From Escherichia phage vB_EcoM-UFV09: 64,000 nt of DNA. The translations under genes were made by a program, and so were the position numbers. Positions 11,368 through 22,563 of this stretch are shown one piece after another (the stretch's first letter is position 1; every line of letters starts with the position of its first letter). Below the pieces are notes generated by a model, which searched no databases, was not told where the DNA came from, and saw only the letters and a program-made list of their open reading frames with translations. The DNA lies in sequence record MZ291552.2. The stretch is one strand, 5' to 3'.

Positions 11368-12048
11368 TTATTTTAATGTTACGAAAGAAGAATTGCGTGT
11401 TTCACGAATTAAAACTGATCCGTCGCGATTAATGTAATAAATTAAGCTAAACAAAGTTTGGTGTGCTGACGCGTGTTCAAAACTAGTTGGATGAGATTTC
11501 CAATCAGGAGTTTCAGCGATCCATTGATAAATCCACCAAGGAACCGTACAGAATCCTGGATTTTTCCCCAATAATTGAAGATTCGGGCTAAAGTTTTCCG
11601 GAAGAGTAAATACAGACGGCTTTTCAGATTCAATAATCTCAGCTACAGCTTGTTCAAACTTTTCTTCAACAAAAGGAGTGTCTTCAATCAAAACATCAGT
11701 ATTTTCAGGAATTTTATCCGTTTCTACAACTTCAATTTTAATATCAGATTTAACTGGAGAATCAATCAGAAGCGCTGCTTCTGGATTAACTTCTTCATCG
11801 TCATATTTTAATCCCTCTGCAGCATCAGCAGCATCAATTAAGTCTTTAATAGATAACCCATCAGTCTCTGGCATAGGTTCACTAGCGAGCTTCTGGAGGG
11901 CTTCTTCAATATCAACAACGATATTATCAAAAGATTTATTCTTTTTGACCTTTATACCAAACTGTTCAGCATATTCAGCTAATTTAGCTTTAGCTTCTTT
12001 ATTATCATCAAGAGCCTTCAGCTCTGCAATATAATCTTTATCTATCAT
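11368..12048 (-). CDS. inh: Inhibitor of prohead protease
   Basis: 226 aa, same as T4 Inh; adjacent to hoc. Confidence 0.7.
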   Translation of the reverse strand: MIDKDYIAELKALDDNKEAKAKLAEYAEQFGIKVKKNKSFDNIVVDIEEALQKLASEPMPETDGLSIKDLIDAADAAEGLKYDDEEVNPEAALLIDSPVKSDIKIEVVETDKIPENTDVLIEDTPFVEEKFEQAVAEIIESEKPSVFTLPENFSPNLQLLGKNPGFCTVPWWIYQWIAETPDWKSHPTSFEHASAHQTLFSLIYYINRDGSVLIRETRNSSFVTLK

Positions 12049-12098
12049 AATATTTCCTCAGTATAAATATAGATATATTTATTACATGGTATTTAGAC

Positions 12099-13610
12099 AT
12101 GACTGACATTAAAGTACATTTTTATGATTTTAGTCACGTGAGAATTGATTGTGAAGAAAGTACATTTCATGAACTCCGTGATTTCTTTTCGTTTGAGGCC
12201 GATGGATATAGATTTAACCCTCGCTTCAGATATGGCAACTGGGATGGACGAATCCGTCTTTTAGATTATAATCGCCTTCTTCCATTCGGCTTAGTCGGGC
12301 AAATTAAAAAGTTCTGTGATAACTTTGGCTATAAAGCCTGGATTGACCCACAAATTAACGAAAAAGAAGAATTATCAAGAAAAGATTTTGATGAATGGCT
12401 TTCTAAATTAGAAATCTATTCAGGAAATAAAAGAATTGAACCACACTGGTATCAAAAAGATGCAGTGTTCGAAGGATTAGTTAATCGTCGTAGAATTCTT
12501 AATCTTCCAACATCTGCAGGTAAATCTTTAATTCAAGCTTTGCTTGCACGTTATTATTTGGAAAATTATGAAGGTAAAATTCTTATCATTGTTCCAACAA
12601 CTGCTCTGACAACTCAGATGGCTGATGACTTTGTTGACTATCGTTTATTCAGTCATGCAATGATAAAGAAAATTGGTGGCGGAGCATCAAAAGATGATAA
12701 ATATAAAAATGATGCACCAGTCGTTGTTGGTACATGGCAAACTGTAGTAAAACAACCAAAAGAATGGTTCTCACAATTTGGAATGATGATGAATGATGAA
12801 TGTCATCTTGCTACAGGAAAAAGTATTTCATCTATCATATCAGGTTTAAATAACTGCATGTTCAAATTTGGTCTATCAGGTTCATTACGTGATGGCAAAG
12901 CCAATATCATGCAGTATGTTGGAATGTTCGGTGAAATATTTAAGCCAGTAACGACTTCTAAATTAATGGAAGATGGGCAAGTAACTGAGCTAAAAATTAA
13001 TAGTATTTTTCTTCGTTATCCTGATGAGTTCACTACTAAATTAAAGGGAAAAACTTACCAAGAAGAAATAAAAATTATTACTGGGCTCAGTAAAAGAAAT
13101 AAATGGATCGCTAAATTAGCTATTAAGCTTGCGCAAAAAGATGAAAACGCTTTTGTCATGTTTAAACATGTATCGCACGGTAAAGCTATTTTCGATTTAA
13201 TTAAAAATGAATACGATAAAGTTTATTACGTATCAGGGGAAGTTGATACCGAAACCCGCAATATAATGAAAACCTTAGCTGAAAATGGTAAAGGAATAAT
13301 TATAGTAGCTAGTTATGGTGTATTTTCTACTGGTATTTCAGTTAAAAATCTGCATCACGTTGTTTTAGCGCACGGTGTTAAATCAAAAATCATTGTATTA
13401 CAAACAATCGGTCGTGTATTACGTAAGCATGGTTCTAAAACAATCGCAACTGTCTGGGACCTCATAGATGATTGTGGTGTTAAGCCAAAATCTGCTAATA
13501 CGAAAAAGAAATATGTTCATTTGAACTATCTTTTAAAACACGGCATTGATCGTATTCAGCGCTACGCAGATGAAAAATTCAATTACGTAATGAAAACAGT
13601 TAATTTATAA
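12099..13610 (+). CDS. uvsW: UvsW ATP-dependent DNA helicase
   Basis: 503 aa; Walker A-like PTSAGKS and DECH box (MMNDECH); T4 synteny. Confidence 0.9.
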   Translation: MTDIKVHFYDFSHVRIDCEESTFHELRDFFSFEADGYRFNPRFRYGNWDGRIRLLDYNRLLPFGLVGQIKKFCDNFGYKAWIDPQINEKEELSRKDFDEWLSKLEIYSGNKRIEPHWYQKDAVFEGLVNRRRILNLPTSAGKSLIQALLARYYLENYEGKILIIVPTTALTTQMADDFVDYRLFSHAMIKKIGGGASKDDKYKNDAPVVVGTWQTVVKQPKEWFSQFGMMMNDECHLATGKSISSIISGLNNCMFKFGLSGSLRDGKANIMQYVGMFGEIFKPVTTSKLMEDGQVTELKINSIFLRYPDEFTTKLKGKTYQEEIKIITGLSKRNKWIAKLAIKLAQKDENAFVMFKHVSHGKAIFDLIKNEYDKVYYVSGEVDTETRNIMKTLAENGKGIIIVASYGVFSTGISVKNLHHVVLAHGVKSKIIVLQTIGRVLRKHGSKTIATVWDLIDDCGVKPKSANTKKKYVHLNYLLKHGIDRIQRYADEKFNYVMKTVNL

Positions 13611-13623
13611 GGGCTTCGGCCCT

Positions 13624-13869
13624 TTGGAGAAAAAGATGTTACTAGAATTTAAACAATTTCTTTATGAAGCTTCTATTGATGAATTTATGGGTAAAATTGC
13701 CTCTTGTCAAACATTAGAAGGTTTAGAAGAACTTGAAGCTTATTATAAGAAAAGAGTCAAAGAAACTGAATTAAAAGATACTGATGACATCTCTGTGAGA
13801 GATGCTTTGGCAGGAAAAAGAGCTGAATTAGAAGATTCAGACGATGATGAAGTAGAAGAAAGTTTTTAA
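13624..13869 (+). CDS. Small acidic protein (T4 uvsW.1 position)
   Basis: 81-aa ORF directly after uvsW; acidic C-terminus. Confidence 0.6.
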   Translation: MEKKMLLEFKQFLYEASIDEFMGKIASCQTLEGLEELEAYYKKRVKETELKDTDDISVRDALAGKRAELEDSDDDEVEESF

Positions 13870-13924
13870 ATAAAAAAGGCCCAACCAAAAAAGGAAGGGC
13901 CAAAACTATAGACTAAAGGTCACA

Positions 13925-14155
13925 CTATAGCAAAAGTTGTGTTTCATTTAATTGTTCTTCCGAACTTTCTGAAACTGGTAGTTCTTTAATGTAATTATAG
14001 CAAGGCCCAGGATGTACAGGACCTTTGTCTGTTTCAACAACCAATGCAGAATCGATTGGAGTTTTACAGACAACACAAATCTTATCTGACATGATTGTCT
14101 CCTTTTGAATATAGTAATATTTATAAACCCATTTTAATCCGCATTTCTTGTACAC
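13925..14155 (-). CDS. Hypothetical small protein (uvsY-adjacent)
   Basis: 76-aa ORF; true start may be the internal Met (MSDKICVVCK...). Confidence 0.5.
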   Translation of the reverse strand: MYKKCGLKWVYKYYYIQKETIMSDKICVVCKTPIDSALVVETDKGPVHPGPCYNYIKELPVSESSEEQLNETQLLL

Positions 14156-14215
14156 GGATTAAGCAAGCTTCCATCTCTGCTAATAGTCGAAATACTTCTT
14201 TATAATCTGTCATAT

Positions 14216-14443
14216 TTACCCCATATCTCTCATATGCATATCAATGCCCATATCTTTAGAATAAAAATATTCATCAAGATATCCGGCAAATTTTCCTTTA
14301 ATATAAAGAACATCTTCACCACATGGGTGGTCGGCCAGGATACGAATATCCTGACGCTTAAGATTATGCTTTTTCATTAAGAATTGAATTTCCGTTTCAA
14401 ATTCTTCTTCATAATTAAAAGCATCATCAATGCTATATCTCAT
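14216..14443 (-). CDS. Hypothetical small protein (uvsY-adjacent)
   Basis: 75-aa ORF abutting uvsY. Confidence 0.6.
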   Translation of the reverse strand: MRYSIDDAFNYEEEFETEIQFLMKKHNLKRQDIRILADHPCGEDVLYIKGKFAGYLDEYFYSKDMGIDMHMRDMG

Positions 14444-14856
14444 TATTTTCCAGCCTCAAATGCTCGCATGTCTTGAATATGCTTAATAGCAAATCCACGT
14501 GATTTAATAGCATCAAGAGCTCCGCTACAGAAATCTAATAAAATTCCCCAATATTGTAATGAAGTATCAACCTTTAAAACATCCTTATCAGCTGATAGGA
14601 CTGTCTTCATTTCTGATTTCTCGTAACGATCCATACTAAATTCATCACCATCTCCTCGTCCCGAGTAGTAATCTAATTTAGCTTTAAGAGCAACTTTTTT
14701 CTGTGCTTCAATTCTAAGCATTTCCTTTTTAATACTTGAATGCTTATTAAGCCATTTACTATATAACATCACATTATTAGCTGCTTCATACTGTAATTTA
14801 GTCGAATCTATAAACACATCTTTCTTCAATTCTTCTTGAAGATCTTCTAATCTCAT
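14443..14856 (-). CDS. uvsY: UvsY recombination mediator protein
   Basis: 137 aa, same as T4 UvsY; position between uvsW and gene 25. Confidence 0.85.
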   Translation of the reverse strand: MRLEDLQEELKKDVFIDSTKLQYEAANNVMLYSKWLNKHSSIKKEMLRIEAQKKVALKAKLDYYSGRGDGDEFSMDRYEKSEMKTVLSADKDVLKVDTSLQYWGILLDFCSGALDAIKSRGFAIKHIQDMRAFEAGK

Positions 14857-14922
14857 ATTGTTCTCTATTCAATTGTTATTGGATGGACTTAGATTCATTA
14901 TACCACGTTTTAACGTGAAGCA

Positions 14923-15321
14923 TTATACCCTATTACTGGAAGCCAGTTGCAGTTTTATCTGCTCAATATCATCAGGATTATCGATGACCGAAAAGCGTAT
15001 TTCTACTATCAGAGTATAATCATCATAAACCGGTATTACATTAACTGCTAATTTATCAATACGTGGCTCATAGTTTCTTACTGCGCTTTCGATATTGCGC
15101 TCAACCGTGTCAGCAGTAAGAGGAGTCATATTCTCAAAAAGCTGGTCAGATAAATCACATCCAAATTCAGGGTCAAACGGTCTTGAACCTTTTCTTGTTG
15201 TAATAATTCCTAAAAGACTATTTTTAATTGACCTTAATCCAAGTGATCTTGAAACGTCTTTGTTCCAATCCATTTTCATCTCTGGGTCAATATCAGAATA
15301 AAGCTTATTAATATTTGCCAT
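14923..15321 (-). CDS. 25: Baseplate wedge subunit
   Basis: 132 aa, same as T4 gp25; synteny. Confidence 0.85.
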   Translation of the reverse strand: MANINKLYSDIDPEMKMDWNKDVSRSLGLRSIKNSLLGIITTRKGSRPFDPEFGCDLSDQLFENMTPLTADTVERNIESAVRNYEPRIDKLAVNVIPVYDDYTLIVEIRFSVIDNPDDIEQIKLQLASSNRV

Positions 15322-15947
15322 TACAATAGCTCAAAGAATTCTTTGAGTCCTCTTATTACATGAGCGTGAGTTTTTCCACACTCTGGACATTTAATTGGAA
15401 CAGCCAAATAAACAGTAGGCTTTAAAAGAATATCTTTTATAGCTACAATATCTGACTCTGTGATGATAGAATATAAATCTTCCAACTCTTTTTCATTCAA
15501 GTCTTCAACTGGAATGCTTTCCCCGTTAGCGTGAATCGTTTCTATACATGATACTATCATGTGGGCTATATTTTTATCATCAAAAATTTTAGGGTAATGG
15601 AATTTAATTTTAATGTCACCCAGTGTATACCAGAGGTCTTCTGGTGCATCTATTTGTGTATGTAATAGATTTATATGGGTTGGTATTTCAGTTCCGCAGG
15701 TGCACTTCCAGGAGTTTTCGTGATTAACTTCGCCAAGAGAATGTGCCCATAAATGAATCAACAATAGTTCTGATTCTTGACGATTTAAATCTTTTGCATT
15801 TGTGCAGTCTTTGATTAGCTTTTTAACAATTACTTCTACGGAACCATTATTTTTGGCAGTAATAAGTTCTAGATATTCTTTAAGCGTGAATGCGCGACAA
15901 TTGATTATTTTAGAACCAACTCTCACATCAAATTTGTATTCATACAT
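15321..15947 (-). CDS. 26: Baseplate hub subunit
   Basis: 208 aa, same as T4 gp26; C-terminal CxxC pair; synteny. Confidence 0.8.
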   Translation of the reverse strand: MYEYKFDVRVGSKIINCRAFTLKEYLELITAKNNGSVEVIVKKLIKDCTNAKDLNRQESELLLIHLWAHSLGEVNHENSWKCTCGTEIPTHINLLHTQIDAPEDLWYTLGDIKIKFHYPKIFDDKNIAHMIVSCIETIHANGESIPVEDLNEKELEDLYSIITESDIVAIKDILLKPTVYLAVPIKCPECGKTHAHVIRGLKEFFELL

Positions 15948-15968
15948 ATTTAGCTCCTTTATTTATCA

Positions 15969-15980
15969 TATTTATAAATA
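15969..15980. promoter_or_regulatory. Palindromic late promoter element TATTTATAAATA serving divergent genes 26 (minus) and 51 (plus)
   Basis: The 12-mer is its own reverse complement and contains TATAAATA on both strands, between divergent late genes. Confidence 0.55.
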
Positions 15981-15997
15981 GAATAAAAGGAGCATCT

Positions 15998-16750
15998 ATG
16001 GCAAACATTATTCGTTGTAAATTACCAGATGGTGTTCATCGTTTTAAACCATTTACGGTAGAAGATTATCGAGATTTTTTGTTAGTTCGAAACGATATAG
16101 AACATCGGTCACCACAAGAACAAAAAGAAGTAATTGCTGATTTAATTGCTGATTATTTTGGAGACTATCCAAAGACTTGGCAACCATTTATATTTTTGCA
16201 GGTATTTGTAGGTTCAATAGGTAAAACTAAAGTACCAGTCACATTTGTATGTCCAAAATGTAAAAAAGAAAAGACAGTTCCATTTGAAATATATCAAAAA
16301 GAATTAAAGGAACCTATTTTTGATGTAGCTAATGTTAAAATTAAATTAAATTTTCCTTCTGAGTTTTATGAAAATAAAGCAAAGATGATTACTGAAAATA
16401 TTCATTCTGTTCAAGTAGATGAAATGTGGTATGATTGGAAGGAAATTAGTGAATCAAGTCAAATAGAACTTGTTGACGCCATCGAGATAGAAACATTAGA
16501 AAAAATTCTCGATGCAATGAATCCTATTAATTTAACATTGCACATGTCGTGTTGCGATAAGTACATTAAAAAATACACTGATATAGTAGATGTGTTTAAG
16601 CTATTAGTTAATCCAGATGAGATATTTACTTTTTATCAAATCAATCACACGCTTGTAAAAAGTAATTATAGCTTAAATTCAATAATGAAAATGATTCCTG
16701 CCGAGCGCGGATTCGTATTAAAACTGATTGAGAAGGATAAACATCAATGA
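15998..16750 (+). CDS. 51: Baseplate hub assembly catalyst
   Basis: 250 aa (T4 gp51 249 aa); synteny. Confidence 0.8.
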   Translation: MANIIRCKLPDGVHRFKPFTVEDYRDFLLVRNDIEHRSPQEQKEVIADLIADYFGDYPKTWQPFIFLQVFVGSIGKTKVPVTFVCPKCKKEKTVPFEIYQKELKEPIFDVANVKIKLNFPSEFYENKAKMITENIHSVQVDEMWYDWKEISESSQIELVDAIEIETLEKILDAMNPINLTLHMSCCDKYIKKYTDIVDVFKLLVNPDEIFTFYQINHTLVKSNYSLNSIMKMIPAERGFVLKLIEKDKHQ

Positions 16751-17919
16751 GTATGTTACAACGTCCTGGATATCCAAATCTCAGCGTTAAATTATTTGAG
16801 AGTTATGACGCTTGGAGTAATAATAGATTTGTTGAATTAGCTGCTACTATTACCACATTAACTATGCGTGACTCTCTTTATGGTCGAAATGAAGGAATGC
16901 TGCAGTTTTATGATTCTAAAAACATCCATACAAAAATGGATGGAAATGAAATAATTCAGATTTCTGTAGCTAATGCAAACGATATTAATAATGTTAAAAC
17001 ACGAATTTATGGATGCAAGCATTTTTCCGTGTCAGTAGATTCAAAAGGCGATAACATCATTGCTATTGAATTGGGAACTATTCATTCTATAGAAAATCTT
17101 AAATTTGGTAGACCATTTTTCCCTGATGCCGGTGAATCTATAAAGGAAATGCTTGGCGTAATTTATCAAGATCGTACATTATTAACTCCAGCGATAAATG
17201 CTATTAATGCTTATGTTCCTGATATTCCATGGACTAGCACATTTGAAAACTATTTGTCATATGTAAGAGAAGTTGCTCTAGCGGTAGGAAGCGATAAGTT
17301 CGTGTTTGTATGGCAAGACATCATGGGAGTTAACATGATGGACTATGATATGATGATAAATCAAGAACCATATCCAATGATTGTCGGTGAGCCAACTTTA
17401 ATAGGTCAATTCGTCCAAGAATTGAAATATCCATTAGCATATGATTTTGTTTGGTTGACTAAATCAAACCCGCATAAACGCGATCCAATGAAAAATGCTA
17501 CTATCTATGCTCATTCATTTTTAGATTCTTCATTACCAATGATTACTACAGGAAAGGGTGAAAACTCTATTGTAGTGTCAAGGTCAGGTGCTTATTCTGA
17601 AATGACTTATAGAAATGGATATGAAGAAGCTATTCGTCTTCAGACTATGGCGCAGTATGATGGTTACGCTAAATGTTCTACTGTCGGTAATTTTAACTTG
17701 ACTCCTGGCGTTAAAATTATTTTTAATGATAGTAAAAACCAATTTAAAACAGAATTTTACGTTGATGAAGTTATTCACGAATTATCAAATAATAATTCCG
17801 TAACTCATCTTTATATGTTCACTAATGCAACGAAACTGGAAACAATCGACCCAGTTAAGGTTAAAAATGAATTTAAAACTGATACTACCACTGAAGAAAG
17901 TAGTTCTTCCGATAAGTAA
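16747..17919 (+). CDS. 27: Baseplate hub subunit
   Basis: 390 aa (T4 gp27 391 aa); synteny. Confidence 0.85.
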   Translation: MSMLQRPGYPNLSVKLFESYDAWSNNRFVELAATITTLTMRDSLYGRNEGMLQFYDSKNIHTKMDGNEIIQISVANANDINNVKTRIYGCKHFSVSVDSKGDNIIAIELGTIHSIENLKFGRPFFPDAGESIKEMLGVIYQDRTLLTPAINAINAYVPDIPWTSTFENYLSYVREVALAVGSDKFVFVWQDIMGVNMMDYDMMINQEPYPMIVGEPTLIGQFVQELKYPLAYDFVWLTKSNPHKRDPMKNATIYAHSFLDSSLPMITTGKGENSIVVSRSGAYSEMTYRNGYEEAIRLQTMAQYDGYAKCSTVGNFNLTPGVKIIFNDSKNQFKTEFYVDEVIHELSNNNSVTHLYMFTNATKLETIDPVKVKNEFKTDTTTEESSSSDK

Positions 17920-18400
17920 TAAAGAAGTTTCTATTCCTAAGATGGGTCTTAAACATTATAACATTTTAAAAGATGTTAAAGGTCCTGATGAAAATTTAAA
18001 GCTTCTTATTGATTCTATTTGTCCAAATTTATCACCGGCAGAAGTTGATTTCGTTTCTATTCATTTGCTAGAATTTAATGGAAAGATTAAATCTCGTAAA
18101 GAAATAGATGGTTATACTTATGATATTAATGACGTTTATGTATGTCAAAGATTGGAATTTCAATACCAAGGAAATACATTTTATTTTAGACCTCCTGGAA
18201 AATTTGAACAATTTTTAACTGTAAGCGATATGTTATCCAAATGCTTGCTTAAGGTCAATGATGAAGTTAAAGAAATTAATTTTCTTGAGATGCCAGCATT
18301 TGTTTTAAAATGGGCAAATGATATTTCTACAACTTTAGCAATTCCTGGCCCTAATGGTCCAATAACCGGAATTGGCAATATTATTGGATTATTTGAATGA
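17867..18400 (+). CDS. 28: Baseplate hub distal subunit
   Basis: ATG at 17867 gives 177 aa as in T4 gp28; overlaps the 3' end of gene 27 in another frame. Confidence 0.75.
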   Translation: MNLKLILPLKKVVLPISNKEVSIPKMGLKHYNILKDVKGPDENLKLLIDSICPNLSPAEVDFVSIHLLEFNGKIKSRKEIDGYTYDINDVYVCQRLEFQYQGNTFYFRPPGKFEQFLTVSDMLSKCLLKVNDEVKEINFLEMPAFVLKWANDISTTLAIPGPNGPITGIGNIIGLFE

Positions 18401-20169
18401 AAAAGCCACAAGAAATGCAAACGATGCGTAGAAAAGTTATTTCAGATAATAAACCAACACAGGAAGCGGCTAAATCCGCTTCTAATACTTTATCTGGTCT
18501 TAATGACATTTCTACAAAATTAGATGATGCTCAAGCTGCCTCTGAATTAATAGCTCAAACTGTCGAAGAAAAATCGAATGAAATAGTTGGAGCAATTGAT
18601 AACGTTGAAAGCGCAGTAAGTGATACTACTGCCGGTTCTGAGTTAATTGCTGAAACTGTTGAAATTGGCAACAATATTAATAAAGAAATCGGTGAATCGC
18701 TCGGAAGCAAATTAGATAAATTAACAAGTTTACTGGAACAAAAAATTCAGACAGCTGGAATTCAGCAAACTGGAACGAGTTTAGCAGTAGTCGAAAATGC
18801 TATTCCTGTTAAAGTCGTCGAGGATGATACAGCTGAATCTGTGGGTCCTTTATTACCGGCTCCTGAAGCAGTTAATAATGATCCTGATGCTGATTTTTTC
18901 CCTACTCCTCAGCCAATTGAACAAAAACAAGAGTCTCCAGAAGAGAAGCAAAAAAGAGACGCATTTAACTTAAAAATATCTAATGCATTAGATAAATTAA
19001 CAAAGACAGTTGATTTCGGATTTAAGAAATCTATTTCAATTACTGATAAAATATCTAGTATGCTATTTAAGTATACCGTCAGTGCTGCTATTGAAGCTGC
19101 TAAAATGGTTGCATTGATAATGGCTGTTGTTATTGGAATAGACCTGCTGATGGTTCATTTTAAATACTGGTCAGATAAATTTTCAAAAGCCTGGGATTTA
19201 TTTGGTACTGATTTTACTAAATTCTCTAGCGAAACCGGAACATGGGGTCCTTTATTACAGAGCATCTTTGATTCTATTGATAAAATTAAACAACTTTGGG
19301 AAGCTGGAGATTGGGGCGGATTAACAGTAGCTATTGTTGAAGGGCTTGGAAGTGTTCTTTATAATTTAGGAGAGCTTATTCAATTAGGTATGGCTAAATT
19401 ATCTGCAGCAATTCTTCGAGTCATTCCTGGCATGAAGGATACTGCTGATGAAGTAGAAGGAAGAGCATTAGAAAATTTCCAAAATTCTACTGGAGCATCT
19501 CTTAATAAAGAAGACCAAGAAAAAGTAGCAAATTATCAAGATAAACGAATGAATGACGATCTTGGCCCAATAGCAAAAGGATTAGACAAAATTGCGAACT
19601 GGAAAACTCGTGCATCTAACTGGATTCGTGGTGTAGATAATAAAGAAGCATTGACTACTGACGAAGAACGTGCAGCAGAAGAAGAAAAATTAAAACAACT
19701 TTCACCGGAAGAAAGAAAAAATGCTTTAATGAAAGCTAATGAAGCTCGTGCTGCGATGATTCGTTTTGAAAAATACGCTGATTCAGCTGATATGAGCAAA
19801 GACTCGACAGTTAAATCAATTGAAGCTGCTCATGAAGACCTTAAAAAACGAATGAATGATCCGGATTTAAATAATTCACCAGCGGTTAAAAAAGAACTTG
19901 CTTCTAGATTTGCTAAAATTGATGCCACTTATCAAGAGCTCAAGAAAAATCAACCTGAAGCAAAACCTGAAACTTCTGCTAAATCACCAGAAGCAAAACA
20001 GGTCCAGGTGATTGAAAAGAACAAAGCACAACAAGCTCCTGTTCAACAAGCATCTCCTTCAATCAATAATACTAATAATGTTATTAAGAAAAATACTGTC
20101 GTTCATAACATGACACCTGTCACAAGCACAACTGCTCCTGGTGTATTTGGCGCGACGGGAGTTAATTAA
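18397..20169 (+). CDS. 29: Baseplate hub subunit and tail length determinant
   Basis: 590 aa, same as T4 gp29; synteny. Confidence 0.85.
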   Translation: MKKPQEMQTMRRKVISDNKPTQEAAKSASNTLSGLNDISTKLDDAQAASELIAQTVEEKSNEIVGAIDNVESAVSDTTAGSELIAETVEIGNNINKEIGESLGSKLDKLTSLLEQKIQTAGIQQTGTSLAVVENAIPVKVVEDDTAESVGPLLPAPEAVNNDPDADFFPTPQPIEQKQESPEEKQKRDAFNLKISNALDKLTKTVDFGFKKSISITDKISSMLFKYTVSAAIEAAKMVALIMAVVIGIDLLMVHFKYWSDKFSKAWDLFGTDFTKFSSETGTWGPLLQSIFDSIDKIKQLWEAGDWGGLTVAIVEGLGSVLYNLGELIQLGMAKLSAAILRVIPGMKDTADEVEGRALENFQNSTGASLNKEDQEKVANYQDKRMNDDLGPIAKGLDKIANWKTRASNWIRGVDNKEALTTDEERAAEEEKLKQLSPEERKNALMKANEARAAMIRFEKYADSADMSKDSTVKSIEAAHEDLKKRMNDPDLNNSPAVKKELASRFAKIDATYQELKKNQPEAKPETSAKSPEAKQVQVIEKNKAQQAPVQQASPSINNTNNVIKKNTVVHNMTPVTSTTAPGVFGATGVN

Positions 20170-20177
20170 GGAATAAT

Positions 20178-21272
20178 ATGGCAATTGTTAAAGAAATAAC
20201 TGCTGATTTAATTAAAAAGTCCGGTGAAACAATTTCAGCCGGACAGAGTACTAAATCAGAAGTAGGAACTAAAACATACACAGCCCAGTTTCCAACTGGG
20301 CGTGCTAGTGGTAATGACACTACAGGGGACTTCCAGGTAACAGATCTATATAAGAATGGATTATTATTTACTGCATACAATATGTCATCTAGGGATTCTG
20401 GAAGTCTTAGAACGATGAGATCTAACTACTCTTCTTCATCTTCGAGTATTTTACGTACAGCCAGAAACACTATCAGTAATACAGTATCAAAACTATCAAA
20501 TGGACTAATATCAGATAATAATTCAGGAACAATAAGTAAAGTTCCTGTTGCAAATATTCTTTTACCTAGATCTAAATCTGACGTCGATACGTCATCACAT
20601 AGATTTAATGATGTTCAAGATAGTCTTATTACAAAAGGCGGAGGTACTGCTACTGGTGTGCTAAGCAATATGGCTTCAACCGCAGTATTTGGAGCGTTGG
20701 AAAGTATAACACAAGGTATAATGGCTGATAATAATGAACAGATCTATACAACAGCCAGAAGCATGTACGGCGGTGCTGAAAATAGAACAAAAGTGTTCAC
20801 TTGGGATTTGACTCCACGCTCAACAGAAGATTTAATGGCTATTATTAATATCTATCAGTATTTTAACTATTTTTCTTACGGTGAAACTGGTAAATCTCAA
20901 TATGCTGCTGAAATAAAAGGATATTTAGATGAGTGGTATCGTTCTACATTTATTGAACCATTAACGCCAGAAGACGCGATTAAAAACAAGACGTTATTTG
21001 AAAAAATGACATCGAGTTTAACGAACGTTCTTGTAGTTTCAAACCCGACAATTTGGATGGTGAAAAACTTTGGTGCAACTTCTAAATTTGATGGAAAGAC
21101 TGAAGTATTCGGTCCATGCCAAATACAGAGTATTAGATTTGATAAAACACCAAATGGTAACTTTAATGGATTAGCTATTGCTCCTAACCTTCCAAGTTCT
21201 TTTACACTCGAGATTACTATGAGAGAGATTATTACGTTAAACCGTGCTTCTTTATATACGGGGACTTTCTAA
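20178..21272 (+). CDS. 48: Baseplate tail tube cap
   Basis: 364 aa, same as T4 gp48; synteny. Confidence 0.85.
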   Translation: MAIVKEITADLIKKSGETISAGQSTKSEVGTKTYTAQFPTGRASGNDTTGDFQVTDLYKNGLLFTAYNMSSRDSGSLRTMRSNYSSSSSSILRTARNTISNTVSKLSNGLISDNNSGTISKVPVANILLPRSKSDVDTSSHRFNDVQDSLITKGGGTATGVLSNMASTAVFGALESITQGIMADNNEQIYTTARSMYGGAENRTKVFTWDLTPRSTEDLMAIINIYQYFNYFSYGETGKSQYAAEIKGYLDEWYRSTFIEPLTPEDAIKNKTLFEKMTSSLTNVLVVSNPTIWMVKNFGATSKFDGKTEVFGPCQIQSIRFDKTPNGNFNGLAIAPNLPSSFTLEITMREIITLNRASLYTGTF

Positions 21273-22237
21273 TGTATTCTTTAGAGGAATTTAATAATCA
21301 AGCAATAAACGCAGACTTCCAACGTAATAATATGTTCAGCTGTGTTTTTGCTACAACTCCATCAACTAAAAGCTCATCGTTAATAAGCTCAATTAGTAAC
21401 TTTGCTTATAATAACTTGGGTCTAAATTCAGATTGGTTGGGATTAACTCAAGGTGATATTAATCAGGGAATTACCACGCTAATTACTGCTGGCACACAAA
21501 AACTAATAAGAAAATCGGGAGTCAGTAAATATCTTATTGGCGCTATGAGTCAGCGTACTGTTCAGAGTTTATTAGGCTCATTTACAGTTGGTACATATTT
21601 AATTGACTTCTTTAACATGGCATATAACTCATCTGGATTGATGATATACTCTGTAAAAATGCCAGAGAATAGATTATCCTATGAAACTGACTGGAACTAT
21701 AATTCTCCTAATATTCGTATAACTGGAAGAGAATTAGACCCTTTGGTTATTTCATTCAGAATGGATTCAGAAGCTTGTAACTATCGTGCAATGCAAGACT
21801 GGGTTAACGCTGTTCAAGACCCAGTAACTGGATTGCGTGCTTTGCCGCAAGATGTCGAGGCAGATATTCAGGTTAATCTTCATTCTCGCAATGGATTACC
21901 TCATACTGCGGTGATGTTCACTGGATGCATTCCAATATCAGTGAGCGCTCCTGAGTTATCATATGATGGAGATAACCAAATAACTACATTTGACGTTACT
22001 TTTGCGTATAGAGTGATGCAGGCTGGAGCAGTTGATAGACAAGCTGCCCTTGAATGGCTTGAATCTGCTACTATAAATGGTATTCAAAGCGTTCTCGGAA
22101 ATAGTGGAGGTGTTACTGGACTATCTAATTCGCTTTCACGACTTAGTAGATTAGGGGGAACTGCAGGAAGCATTTCAAATATTAATACTATGACAGGAAT
22201 TGTCAATTCGCAAAGTAAAATATTAGGAGCAATATAA
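21272..22237 (+). CDS. 54: Baseplate tail tube initiator
   Basis: 321 aa (T4 gp54 320 aa); synteny. Confidence 0.85.
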   Translation: MYSLEEFNNQAINADFQRNNMFSCVFATTPSTKSSSLISSISNFAYNNLGLNSDWLGLTQGDINQGITTLITAGTQKLIRKSGVSKYLIGAMSQRTVQSLLGSFTVGTYLIDFFNMAYNSSGLMIYSVKMPENRLSYETDWNYNSPNIRITGRELDPLVISFRMDSEACNYRAMQDWVNAVQDPVTGLRALPQDVEADIQVNLHSRNGLPHTAVMFTGCIPISVSAPELSYDGDNQITTFDVTFAYRVMQAGAVDRQAALEWLESATINGIQSVLGNSGGVTGLSNSLSRLSRLGGTAGSISNINTMTGIVNSQSKILGAI

Positions 22238-22241
22238 CAAT

Positions 22242-22270
22242 GGGGACCGAAAGGTCCCCATATTTTTATT
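22242..22270. terminator. Bidirectional hairpin terminator between gene 54 and the convergent minus-strand ORF
   Basis: ggggacc-gaaa-ggtcccc followed by a T tract. Confidence 0.65.
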
Positions 22271-22556
22271 TACGGAATGAAATAAAAGCAGCAACTGAAG
22301 CAACAGAGGTTTCTTCAATATAAACCTCAATTTTTACCGGAGCTTCTGACTCAAATTTACCTGTTACTACACCTTGGAAAATACTTTCAGTCTGTTCTGG
22401 CTTTGAAAAATTTTCAGAAGGAAAAATTCCAAACTTTTTATCGGTTCCGAAAATTTTAATAAATTCATCATAAACTGCTTCATTGAAAGCGTTATCAGCG
22501 GGAATAACGCCTTCAACGACGAGTTCTTGACCTAAAAAGCGCAAAGAAGATTTCAT
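22266..22556 (-). CDS. Hypothetical protein downstream of the Alt paralog
   Basis: 96-aa ORF preceded by an early-promoter and RBS cassette. Confidence 0.6.
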   Translation of the reverse strand: MKSSLRFLGQELVVEGVIPADNAFNEAVYDEFIKIFGTDKKFGIFPSENFSKPEQTESIFQGVVTGKFESEAPVKIEVYIEETSVASVAAFISFRK

Positions 22557-22563
22557 TTTGTGT

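Noticed and set aside
11575-12034. Plus-strand ORFs (78 and 118 aa) overlapping inh
   Set aside because: They are antisense to inh, low-complexity, and lack ribosome-binding sites.
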